Shown here: in pieces, positions 8,729-17,414 of the stretch
Position numbering within the stretch: the first letter of the stretch is position 1
Layout of the letters: every line of letters starts with the position of its first letter
Source: Candidatus Heimdallarchaeota archaeon B3_Heim
GTDB lineage: Archaea > Asgardarchaeota > Heimdallarchaeia > Hodarchaeales > Hodarchaeaceae
Length of the DNA stretch: 32,000 nucleotides
Assembly: GCA_003144275.1 (NCBI GenBank)
Contig: NJBF01000012.1
Span: 1 to 32,000, forward strand
Reading direction: 5' to 3'
The notes under the pieces: generated by a model
Told to the model about the DNA's origin: nothing
What the model saw: the letters and a program-made list of their open reading frames with translations, nothing else
The model's database searches: none
Translations under genes and position numbers: made by a program

Positions 8729-9856
8729 TCAGGACGCTGTTTCTGGTTTTGCTTTTTCAAGATACATATCGATTACAGCCAAACACGCCCCAAGAACAGC
8801 TCCGATGGCATCCCAAACCAAATCTTTAGGGGCGTCGAGTATTTCATCAATGAAATGACCAAGGTTTAGAAGGGCATTTGTGATCCACTCGAAAATTTCC
8901 CATGCAAGTCCTAAACTAATCATAAAGGCAATCGCTACAACAATACCAAACAATTTTGCTGATGTACTTTCGGCTCCATAATTTGCAAACTGATCAGTTA
9001 CGATGTAGACAATTAGCATGGTGATAGCTGCACTCGTTAAACCATGTGCTATTTTATCAAAAGCAATCCAAGAGTTAATATCAGTAAAACCTGTTCCCCA
9101 TTGACCTTTGCCATAGAGCTCGTAGGGCAAGTGTCCGACTGCATGGAAAATACTTACGCCGATTAAAAGTACCAGGAAAGCAGTTCGGTCTAATGCGAAT
9201 GAAACAAAATCCTCAGCAAATTGTTTTCCAGGCCTTAGGCGAACATAAATCACATAGATGAACAATATTAGGATTGCAGTATCTTGAATAACGGCAAATC
9301 CTCCATAAGTTGATAACGCTGGAAGATCTTCAACAGGGACAGTAGGATAATAGGCTTGCAAATTTGGCTCTCTCAAAAAATACAGGGGACCATCATCGGG
9401 GTACGTCAAGAGGTTGAAAAACCAAATAATACCAAAAATCACTGATCCTACGAACAAGATAAAGAAGTTTCTATCTGTAACAAGGTTGGTTTTTATTGCT
9501 TCAGTAATAGTCTGTTCAAATCGTCGAGGTACACGTAAATGAGGATCCAAGAGAGTATTGATGAAACCATATACCACCAGTACCAAACCCACTAAAAAAA
9601 TAACCCATCCAATGACTATACCTACATCTCCTACGAATTGCATTGTTTTAACACGATTTACATCACTCGTCCAATCTGGACGTAAATCTATGGGAAGTTT
9701 CAACTCTGGAGGATAGCGCATTTGAACGAAAAATTGTAACATTAATAATGAAATGAATATAAGAATCAATCCCATCCCTAGTATTCGTAATTTCAATCGT
9801 CTCTTCTTTACTTCGACTTCACTTAGTTCATCCAAGTTTTCTGTAATCCTCTTCAC
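8729..9856 (-). CDS. Multi-TM protein with C-terminal VanZ/DUF2238-like domain
   Basis: GTG start, about 9 TM helices; FDKIAH, LAWEIFEW and DLVWDAIG motifs shared with 6890..7357. Confidence 0.7.
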   Translation of the reverse strand: MKRITENLDELSEVEVKKRRLKLRILGMGLILIFISLLMLQFFVQMRYPPELKLPIDLRPDWTSDVNRVKTMQFVGDVGIVIGWVIFLVGLVLVVYGFINTLLDPHLRVPRRFEQTITEAIKTNLVTDRNFFILFVGSVIFGIIWFFNLLTYPDDGPLYFLREPNLQAYYPTVPVEDLPALSTYGGFAVIQDTAILILFIYVIYVRLRPGKQFAEDFVSFALDRTAFLVLLIGVSIFHAVGHLPYELYGKGQWGTGFTDINSWIAFDKIAHGLTSAAITMLIVYIVTDQFANYGAESTSAKLFGIVVAIAFMISLGLAWEIFEWITNALLNLGHFIDEILDAPKDLVWDAIGAVLGACLAVIDMYLEKAKPETAS

Positions 9857-10182
9857 GTCCTAATGAAAATATTGCTTCATGCGATAGTATTTTACCTGTA
9901 TTAAAGTTTTAGCATAATTCAAATTTCCTCTAATTTGTGAAAATTAAAATTCTAGACCTGCAAATGTGAAATGGTCTCAATATAGACTTCTTTGCATATC
10001 TTTGCTATGATACGTATCTCTCTAGAAATTTACGTCGGATACACAAAAAGAAGCAGAAAATTCCTTCATGGAACATCTTCTCTGTAAATACATTGTAATA
10101 ACAGATTTTCACTTTTACGGATTCCGAATCATGTATTTAAAGAAGTACTAGTGAATCATCTTCATTGAGGTTAAAATGGTGA

Positions 10183-11148
10183 ATGGTGACTATTTTTGTT
10201 GAGAATTATTCTCCTCCACATTATACTTTAGAGAAGCATAAACATCCGCCTGCATTTCATTATGTTGGGAATACCCCTCTTATTGAACTGGTTAATCTAC
10301 CAGAATTAGCAGTATTTCCAGATGTGCGAGTCTTTGCCAAGCTGGAAATGTTCAATTTTGGGGGAAGTGTTAAGGATCGTATTGCACTTTATATGCTTGA
10401 AGAGCTAAAATCTTCAGGGAAACTGAATGGGAGATGTGTAATTGAACCGACTTCCGGTAATACTGGAATTGGACTAGCTTGGGTGGGCAGACTTTTGGGT
10501 ATTGATATTACTCTTGTCATCCCTGACTCTATGAGCCAAGAACGCTTGGATATTTTACGTTCCTATCGTGCACGGATTATCTCGACTCCAGGAGAAGAAG
10601 GTATGGATGGTGCTATTCGAAAAGCTCGTGAAATGGCCCAAAAATTTTCTAAGGAGTATGTAATGCTAGATCAATTCAATAATGACACGAATTGGAAAAC
10701 CCATTATTGTACAACTGGTCCCGAGATATGGGCACAATCTCATGGCAATGTAGATTATTTGTTTGCTGGTTTAGGAACAGGTGGTACCATCATTGGAATT
10801 AGCAGATTCTTAAAAGAACAGAATCCAAATCTTAAAGTCTATGGAGTAGAACCTACCTTAACTGGTAGTATTCCTGGGTTGAAAAACACGAATGCTGTTA
10901 AGGAAGTACCTGGGATTCTTCGTCGTGAGGAGTTAGATGGTATTTTTCAAATAATGGAAAAGGACGCAAATAATATGACTCGTCGGCTCGCATCAGAATC
11001 TTCCTTATTAGTAGGTCCGAGTTCAGGCGCTGTTTTACATGGTATTCTTACATGGTTAAAGACAGAGCAGAATATCAAGGGAACCATAGTTACTGTGTTT
11101 CCCGATTCTGGCCAGAAATATTTGAGTAAAGGAGTATTTGGGCATTAA
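10183..11148 (+). CDS. cysK: Cysteine synthase family PLP enzyme (CysK/CysM)
   Basis: NFGGSVKDRIA (PLP Lys), EPTSGNTGIG, LDQFNN, GLGTGGT, PDSGQKYLS. CysK versus CysM cannot be resolved by eye. Confidence 0.9.
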   Translation: MVTIFVENYSPPHYTLEKHKHPPAFHYVGNTPLIELVNLPELAVFPDVRVFAKLEMFNFGGSVKDRIALYMLEELKSSGKLNGRCVIEPTSGNTGIGLAWVGRLLGIDITLVIPDSMSQERLDILRSYRARIISTPGEEGMDGAIRKAREMAQKFSKEYVMLDQFNNDTNWKTHYCTTGPEIWAQSHGNVDYLFAGLGTGGTIIGISRFLKEQNPNLKVYGVEPTLTGSIPGLKNTNAVKEVPGILRREELDGIFQIMEKDANNMTRRLASESSLLVGPSSGAVLHGILTWLKTEQNIKGTIVTVFPDSGQKYLSKGVFGH

Positions 11149-11696
11149 ATTACTCTCATGAATGAGATAATATCCGTTGTTAAAGTAATTCTTGAGTTAA
11201 TTTCAATTGTGGAATACACGGTGTAAAAGAGAGCTGGTGCACTCAGTTTTAACTTACCAGTTATGTTCACTGATATCTCTCCATCGTATACTAGATCTGT
11301 CCCAAAAAGGAAATATGTAACCCAATTTACACCGACTAGATAAAAAGTTGAATTAAAAACCATCGATTCAATCTTCTTTTCCAAAATGATTTTAGGTATA
11401 CATACAAATCCCATCTTAGTTGTACCATACAGAATAGAAAAATTAGTTTCTGCAGTAGTTATTTCTATATTATGTGGGTTAGAAACCGAAGCGTTGACGG
11501 TAATATTCGCACCTTTTACGCTATAGTCTAGAATTTCTATTGAATTGATATTAGTTTCAGTTGCATTGAGTTGCCTTTTGACTTCGTAATCAAACCAGGC
11601 CTGAATGAAAATCATACTAAAAATTAAGCTACTTATCAGGAGGAAACTCGCTGTGATAAGGATCCGTTTCTGGCTTGAATAAAGAAATTTTAACAA
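11145..11696 (-). CDS. Membrane-anchored LEA_2-like beta-sandwich protein
   Basis: TTG start; N-terminal TM helix, then a beta-rich region with ITVNASVSNPHN, resembling LEA type 2. Confidence 0.55.
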   Translation of the reverse strand: MLKFLYSSQKRILITASFLLISSLIFSMIFIQAWFDYEVKRQLNATETNINSIEILDYSVKGANITVNASVSNPHNIEITTAETNFSILYGTTKMGFVCIPKIILEKKIESMVFNSTFYLVGVNWVTYFLFGTDLVYDGEISVNITGKLKLSAPALFYTVYSTIEINSRITLTTDIISFMRVI

Positions 11697-11869
11697 ACTG
11701 ATTCACATATCCAATTTCACACAATAATATTCATTATAATCTCGATACAAAAAAAGGTTTACTTACTCAAAATCTAACATTTCATCTTTTTACGTCAAAA
11801 TCATCGTAATTCTTATAGAAATAATTTTCTAAACTCCTCTTAAATGTACTAGATAAGAAGTGGATACGT

Positions 11870-12304
11870 TTGAGTGAAAAATTAACCGTAGAGAAAACTA
11901 TCATGATAGAAGCAACAACTTCGACTGTTTGGGATGCATTAACTAATCCTGAAATTACCAAACAGTATTTCCTGAACTGTGAAGCAATTTCTGATTGGAA
12001 CACAGGTGATCCTATCATATACAAAATGATCTCAGATGGTAAAGAAGTTATTCCCGTTAAAGGAGTAATCTTAAGACAAAAAAGTGAAAAGTTATTGGAA
12101 TATACTTGCTTTGCTCCTGAATTTGAGAAAGATATCTCTAAACATACAAAAGTGACCTAATTGCTGAGTAAAACGAATACTGGTACAAAACTAGTTGTTT
12201 CACAAGGGGAGTTCAACACCAAGGAACAATTTAGGCATACTGACGAAAATTGGGATGTTGTTCTAAATGGATTGAAAATTCTTCTAGAAAAAAAGAATGA
12301 TTAG
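11870..12304 (+). pseudogene. SRPBCC (AHSA1-like) domain protein interrupted by one in-frame TAA at 12158-12160
   Basis: N-half VWDALTNPEITKQYF. The same frame continues after the TAA as LLSKTNTGTKLVVSQGEF...ENWDVVLNGLKILLEKKND to TAG at 12302-12304, completing a 144-codon SRPBCC fold. Confidence 0.85.
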
Positions 12305-12325
12305 AAACTAACCTTGGTGAGAGAT

Positions 12326-13729
12326 TCATTTCCTTGGTGATATCATCTGAGAAGGGTCAAGTGCTGCATCGATCTCTTCTTCGGATAAAACCTTTCGTGC
12401 GAGTAATACTTCTTTCAATGTTTTATTGGTATTATAAGCTTCATGAGCGACTGCTGCAGCCTTTTCATATCCAATTAAGGGAGTAAGCCCTGTAATGAGC
12501 ATGAGATTTTGTTCTAAATCTTCTTTAATCCTTGTTTCATTTACAGCTAAACCTGAAATGCAATTCTTTGCAAAGTTTCGTGACACATTAGATAACAATT
12601 GAATTGACTGCAATAAATTGTAGATCATTATTGGCTTAAACACGTTAAGTTCGAAATTGCCCTGAGAACCAGCAAATCCGATAGCGACATCATTTCCAAT
12701 AACTTGAGCGACAACTTGAGTAACAGATTCGGACTGAGTGGGATTAACTTTTCCTGGCATAATGGAAGATCCAGGTTCATTAATTGGTAATATTAGTTCT
12801 CCTAAACCATTCATTGGTCCAGAACCTAACCAACGTATATCATTCGCAATCTTCATTAAACTAACGGCAACTACACGTAATAAACCACTCGTTTCAACAA
12901 TAGCATCGTGTGCGGCCAATCCTTCAAACTTATTGTCCCCCGTAATAAAATGTATTTCTGTAAATTTAGCTATTTCACTCGCAACACGTTTAGCAAACTC
13001 TGGATGTGTATTTAACCCTGTTCCCACAGCAGTTCCTCCGAGAGCAAGTTCATAGAGATGGGGTAGGGCATTCTCCACTCGTTTTATCCCCTTCTCGATC
13101 TGAGTGACATAACCAGAGAATACCTGGCCAAACGTAATTGGGGTTGCATCTTGGAGATGTGTTCGTCCAGTCTTTACTATATCTCGGAATTCTTCTTGTT
13201 TCCTTTTTAAGGCATCTTTCAGCATCTTAAGCGACGGAATAAGAGAAAAAAGTATGAGATTAACTGCAGATATATGCATAGCTGTAGGAATAACATCATT
13301 AGATGATTGAGATCGATTTACATGGTCATTAGGATGAACTGGTCTATTTGATCCAACAACACCTCCCATAATCTCATTGGCGCGATTAGCGATTACTTCA
13401 TTGATGTTCATGTTGGTTTGGGTTCCAGATCCTGTTTGAAAAATCATCAATGGAAATTGATCTGAAAAATTACCATCTATTACCTCTTGTGCTGCTTTAA
13501 TAATAGATTGAGCAATTTCTGAGGTTATTAACCCAAGATCTTTATTTACTTCAGCACATGCTCTTTTTACAATTCCTAACGCTCGAATAAATTCTTGGGG
13601 GAACGGAATGTGAGCTGATGATTCAAATGGGAAATTCTCAATGGAGCGCTGGGTTTGAGCTCCCCAATAACTTCCCTTAGGTACTCTGACCTCTCCTAAA
13701 CTATCTTTCTCAATACGAAATTCGGTCAT
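12326..13729 (-). CDS. fumC: Class II fumarate hydratase
   Basis: FRIEKDSLGEV, FQTGSGTQTNMN, HPNDHVNRSQSSND, GRTHLQDATP, GSSIMPGKVNP signature. Confidence 0.96.
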   Translation of the reverse strand: MTEFRIEKDSLGEVRVPKGSYWGAQTQRSIENFPFESSAHIPFPQEFIRALGIVKRACAEVNKDLGLITSEIAQSIIKAAQEVIDGNFSDQFPLMIFQTGSGTQTNMNINEVIANRANEIMGGVVGSNRPVHPNDHVNRSQSSNDVIPTAMHISAVNLILFSLIPSLKMLKDALKRKQEEFRDIVKTGRTHLQDATPITFGQVFSGYVTQIEKGIKRVENALPHLYELALGGTAVGTGLNTHPEFAKRVASEIAKFTEIHFITGDNKFEGLAAHDAIVETSGLLRVVAVSLMKIANDIRWLGSGPMNGLGELILPINEPGSSIMPGKVNPTQSESVTQVVAQVIGNDVAIGFAGSQGNFELNVFKPIMIYNLLQSIQLLSNVSRNFAKNCISGLAVNETRIKEDLEQNLMLITGLTPLIGYEKAAAVAHEAYNTNKTLKEVLLARKVLSEEEIDAALDPSQMISPRK

Positions 13730-13782
13730 TTATAACCCTCATTAATTGTTCATAGGAAGAAATCGACTCCTTGTTGAGATAT

Positions 13783-14547
13783 TTACGGAGTCAAATGCTG
13801 TTTCCGAATATTACCAATAGCTGTTCCAGGTTTTACTCCTTTGGGACATACTCTATTACATACGAAATGTTTTTCACATGCTGGTACTGCATTGCTTTTG
13901 GACACACGTTCCACAATACTACGTCGATGTTTTTCATCTACACGAGTATCAGCTATGAAACGATACGCTTTTGCCAAAGCTGTTGGACCAAGATAATGTG
14001 GATCAGTGGCGTTCACTGGGCAAGTCCAGCAGATCCCACATAAGATGCAGTAGACAAGATGTTCTATGGATCGAGCATCTTCAGGTGCTTGTAATGATTC
14101 AGGTTGAACATCGTTATACTCCCGTGCAAAGTAAGGTTGAACCTCCTCATAAAACTTCCAGAAAGGTTCCATTTCTACAACCAAATCCTTAATTACATTC
14201 ATATTTGGTAAAGGTTCAATAAGAATTTCTGTTTCTTCATTCCAATCGGATGGAACTTCTCCAAAGGTTAGTTCAGGAAGTTTGGGAGGTTTCTTTGTAG
14301 ATTTCACTGCAGCTACTTGTGTTCTACATGCTAGTTGGGGAAATTTATCAATAGTGATACCGCAAGATCCGCAAATAGCCCCTCTGCAAGCATAACGAAA
14401 TGCAAAACTTGAATCCAAGTAATCTTGAATATAAAATAATGCATCTAAAATACTCATTCCAGGTTTCAGAGGAATTTCATATCGTTCGTAGCGGGGGGTT
14501 TCTTCTGGATTTTTTCTAAATACCAAAAACTTCTGATTGATTACCAT
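13783..14547 (-). CDS. sdhB: Succinate dehydrogenase/fumarate reductase iron-sulfur subunit
   Basis: CRGAICGSC...C (2Fe-2S), CILCGICWTCP and C-x5-C-x3-CP clusters. Start moved from 14583 to ATG 14547, which follows a GGTGA RBS just after the sdhA stop. Confidence 0.93.
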   Translation of the reverse strand: MVINQKFLVFRKNPEETPRYERYEIPLKPGMSILDALFYIQDYLDSSFAFRYACRGAICGSCGITIDKFPQLACRTQVAAVKSTKKPPKLPELTFGEVPSDWNEETEILIEPLPNMNVIKDLVVEMEPFWKFYEEVQPYFAREYNDVQPESLQAPEDARSIEHLVYCILCGICWTCPVNATDPHYLGPTALAKAYRFIADTRVDEKHRRSIVERVSKSNAVPACEKHFVCNRVCPKGVKPGTAIGNIRKQHLTP

Positions 14548-14557
14548 TTTCTTCACC

Positions 14558-16306
14558 TTAATATTCCCTCGGTTTAGGCTCAAAAATACCCAGTTTTACT
14601 GGTTTTGTGAGCATTTCAAGATCCCCAGTATCATTTCGGATCACCATTGAGTGGACTAGATACTCCTCATCGTTTCGAGTAGGATAATCGGTACGAAAAT
14701 GTGCTCCACGGCTTTCTTTTCTCCACAGAGAGGCGAAAGCAGTTACTTCCGCTATATCAATCATATTCCGAAGTTCCAATGTACGGATCAATCCATAGTT
14801 AAACTTCCTATCCGCTGACGAAGTTATCTTAGAAAGCTGGACATTCTCAAATTCTTTCTGAAGACTCTTTAAATCATCAACAGCAAGTTGTAGTTCAGAT
14901 TCAGTCCGAAAAACAAAAGCATTCCGACTTAAAGTTTCACCCATAGCTTCTCGAATTTCCACTGGTTTTTTACCAGAATTTGCTTCCCATTTCTTAAACA
15001 AAGATTGAATTTTATCCAACATAGACTTTTCTGCAGCAATTATCTTTTCTTGCGAAGGACGCGAAGGTAGTCCACGCTCTAACATCTTTCGACCGACATA
15101 TCTTCCAAAAACAGCTGTCTCTAGTAAACTATTCCCCCCCAAACGATTTGCGCCATGAACAGAGACACAGGCATTTTCTCCTACCGCCCATAAGCCATTA
15201 AGAGAAGTTTCACAAAAATCACCCTCATATTTTGTACCAATGCCGCCCATACTATAATGGTGTCCTGCATGAACTGGTACTGGTTTTTCTATAGAATCTA
15301 CACCTGCAAAATCTATCGCAATATCTCTTATCCCTGGTAAACGCTCTTTTATCCGCTCAGCCCCTAAATGAGTTAAATCTAAATGAACATACGCGTTTTC
15401 AAATCCTCTACCTTCATTTATTTCCGTAGTAATTGCTCGTGCTACGATATCTCGAGGCGCGAGTTCTTTCGCTTCAGGAGCGATTTTCAACATAAAACGT
15501 TCCTTTTGGTTATTAAAGAGAAGTCCACCTTCACCTCGCGCACCTTCACTCATTAAAATACCTGATCCATATAGACAGGTGGGATGAAATTGGACAAATT
15601 CACAATCCTGCATAGGAACATTCGCACGAAACGCTGCACCAACACCATCACCAGTACAGATAATTGCATTAGTACTAGCCTCAAAAATACGCCCAAAACC
15701 ACCTGTGGCTAAAATAACGTAAGGAGCACGGAATATAACTAATTCTCCTGTGGTCATGTCAAGTGTAAGCGCACCTGTAACTTGTTTATCAACAGAAATC
15801 AAATCGATTAGGAAAAATTCATCACAAAAGGTCACTCCTTGTCTCACACACTGTTCATACAGAGTATGGAGAAGAGCATGACCAGTACGATCCGCAGCAT
15901 AGCAAGTTCTCGGAGAACCTGCACCTCCAAACGGCCTTTGAGCGATTTTTCCATCCTCAAACCGTGAAAATGGAGCACCCATACTTTCGAATTCGACCAC
16001 AATTTTGGGGGCTTCTTTTGTCATGAACATTACAACATCTTGATCTGCAAGGTAATCACTACCTTTTACTGTATCAAATGCGTGTTTTACAGGGTTATCT
16101 TCCTCTCCATCAGGATGATTTCCTAAAGCAGCATTAATTCCACCTTGTGCGGCCCCTGAGTGGCTTCTTACTGGTACAACTTTACTCACCAATGCAACTT
16201 TCCACTTTTTAGAAAGTTCTAAGCCAGCCCGTAACCCACTAAGTCCTCCTCCGACTATCAACGCGTCAAATTCTTTTACACTCAAAGAATATCCTTCCAA
16301 ATTCAA
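14558..16306 (-). CDS. sdhA: Succinate dehydrogenase/fumarate reductase flavoprotein subunit
   Basis: GGGLSG, RSHSGAAQGG (covalent FAD His), QFHPT, ELAPRDIVAR, HYSMGG, GANRLGGNSL, RKESRGAH. Exact TTG start uncertain. Confidence 0.96.
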   Translation of the reverse strand: MNLEGYSLSVKEFDALIVGGGLSGLRAGLELSKKWKVALVSKVVPVRSHSGAAQGGINAALGNHPDGEEDNPVKHAFDTVKGSDYLADQDVVMFMTKEAPKIVVEFESMGAPFSRFEDGKIAQRPFGGAGSPRTCYAADRTGHALLHTLYEQCVRQGVTFCDEFFLIDLISVDKQVTGALTLDMTTGELVIFRAPYVILATGGFGRIFEASTNAIICTGDGVGAAFRANVPMQDCEFVQFHPTCLYGSGILMSEGARGEGGLLFNNQKERFMLKIAPEAKELAPRDIVARAITTEINEGRGFENAYVHLDLTHLGAERIKERLPGIRDIAIDFAGVDSIEKPVPVHAGHHYSMGGIGTKYEGDFCETSLNGLWAVGENACVSVHGANRLGGNSLLETAVFGRYVGRKMLERGLPSRPSQEKIIAAEKSMLDKIQSLFKKWEANSGKKPVEIREAMGETLSRNAFVFRTESELQLAVDDLKSLQKEFENVQLSKITSSADRKFNYGLIRTLELRNMIDIAEVTAFASLWRKESRGAHFRTDYPTRNDEEYLVHSMVIRNDTGDLEMLTKPVKLGIFEPKPREY

Positions 16307-16545
16307 CTAATACTTAATAGACACTTCTATCATTCACAGCTATAATATATTTTTTCATTGAGAAGAAGGTAGAATTACTTTTTCTGTTAAGATTTCAAAA
16401 AACTTCTACGAAAATCGGTTTCTTCCGTATTTAAAGCATCTCCATATCTAGAATTAACAATAATTAGGTCTAGGTTGACTTACGAACCATAAGATAAATA
16501 AATAACATATAAGCTAATTCCATTTACTAATAGGAGTTGATACTT

Positions 16546-17049
16546 ATGGGTAATAGTGAAAAAAACCTTATGGCGGCTTTCGCGGGTGAGAGTCAAGCCA
16601 ATCGTAAATATTTAGCTTATGCTAAACAAGCGGATAAAGATGGACTTCCCCAAATAGGACGAGTTTTTCGAGCAGCAGCTGCGGCTGAAACCGTGCATGC
16701 ACATGCCCATTTTCGGACTGTCGGTGGTGTAAAATCTACTATTGAAAATGTTAAAGATGCTATAGCTGGTGAACATTATGAATTCACAACTATGTATCCA
16801 GAATTTCTCGCAGAAGCTCAGAAAGAAGGCAATAAACGTGCTGAACGAAGCTTTGATCTAGCTAATCAGGTCGAAAAAATTCATCACGAGTTGTATTCCA
16901 AAGCTTTGGAAGCAGCTGAAGCAGGCAAAGATTTAACTGCAGTTAAAATGTTTGTCTGCAATGTATGTGGATACACCGTTGAAGGTGAGGCTCCAGAAGT
17001 CTGTCCCATTTGCGGCGCTGTTCACGACAAATTCTTTGAGGTAGAGTGA
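16546..17049 (+). CDS. rbr: Rubrerythrin
   Basis: AFAGESQANRKY, ETVHA, GEHYEFTTMYPEF, EKIHH, plus rubredoxin-like CNVCGY...CPICG. ATG 16546 follows AGGAG (16532-16536). Confidence 0.95.
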   Translation: MGNSEKNLMAAFAGESQANRKYLAYAKQADKDGLPQIGRVFRAAAAAETVHAHAHFRTVGGVKSTIENVKDAIAGEHYEFTTMYPEFLAEAQKEGNKRAERSFDLANQVEKIHHELYSKALEAAEAGKDLTAVKMFVCNVCGYTVEGEAPEVCPICGAVHDKFFEVE

Positions 17050-17087
17050 ATTAGTATCTTTCTCTACTCTCTTTTTATTTCCTTTTA
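17050..17087 (+). terminator. Possible T-rich terminator after rbr
   Basis: Pyrimidine tract (ctttctctactctctttttatttcctttt) directly downstream of the stop codon. Confidence 0.3.
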
Positions 17088-17414
17088 CCGATATTCTGTT
17101 CCTAGATTTGGTAAATTTCGACAATTTTTTCTATTTTAGCAATTTGGCAAATGTAACACATACGCAATTTAATTATTGAGATAGCTCATTCGTGAGTATC
17201 TATCTCTGTTTAAAGAAAAGCTCAGGGCTAGTTGCAGTTCTCAATTCTAGACGTGTGAAAAATAACTAAAGTTTTTTTAAACCATGGAAAATTTATAAAT
17301 GAGAAATAGAATAGATATGAAAGCTAATAGGAAGAGAGCCCGATTAAAAGCAAATGTGTTCAATACCTACAACATCATACCTTCAATAATTTTGTTTGGT
17401 TAGTCGTTTTAGGT

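Noticed and set aside
9857-10182. 325-bp divergent intergenic region as an sRNA or small ORF
   Set aside because: The frames I read gave only short ORFs without an RBS, and there is no convincing stem-loop.
12158-12160. Selenocysteine/pyrrolysine readthrough or genome-wide stop recoding as the explanation for the internal stops
   Set aside because: Sec uses TGA and Pyl uses TAG, but these stops are TAA; TAA also ends clearly complete genes in this window.
13783-16306. Thiol:fumarate reductase (TfrAB)
   Set aside because: The Fe-S subunit ends after the third cluster and has no CCG/HdrD-like extension.
16464-16482. DtxR/IdeR-like box upstream of rbr (ttaggtctaggttgactta)
   Set aside because: Only about 11 of 19 positions match the consensus I recall, with poor palindromic symmetry.
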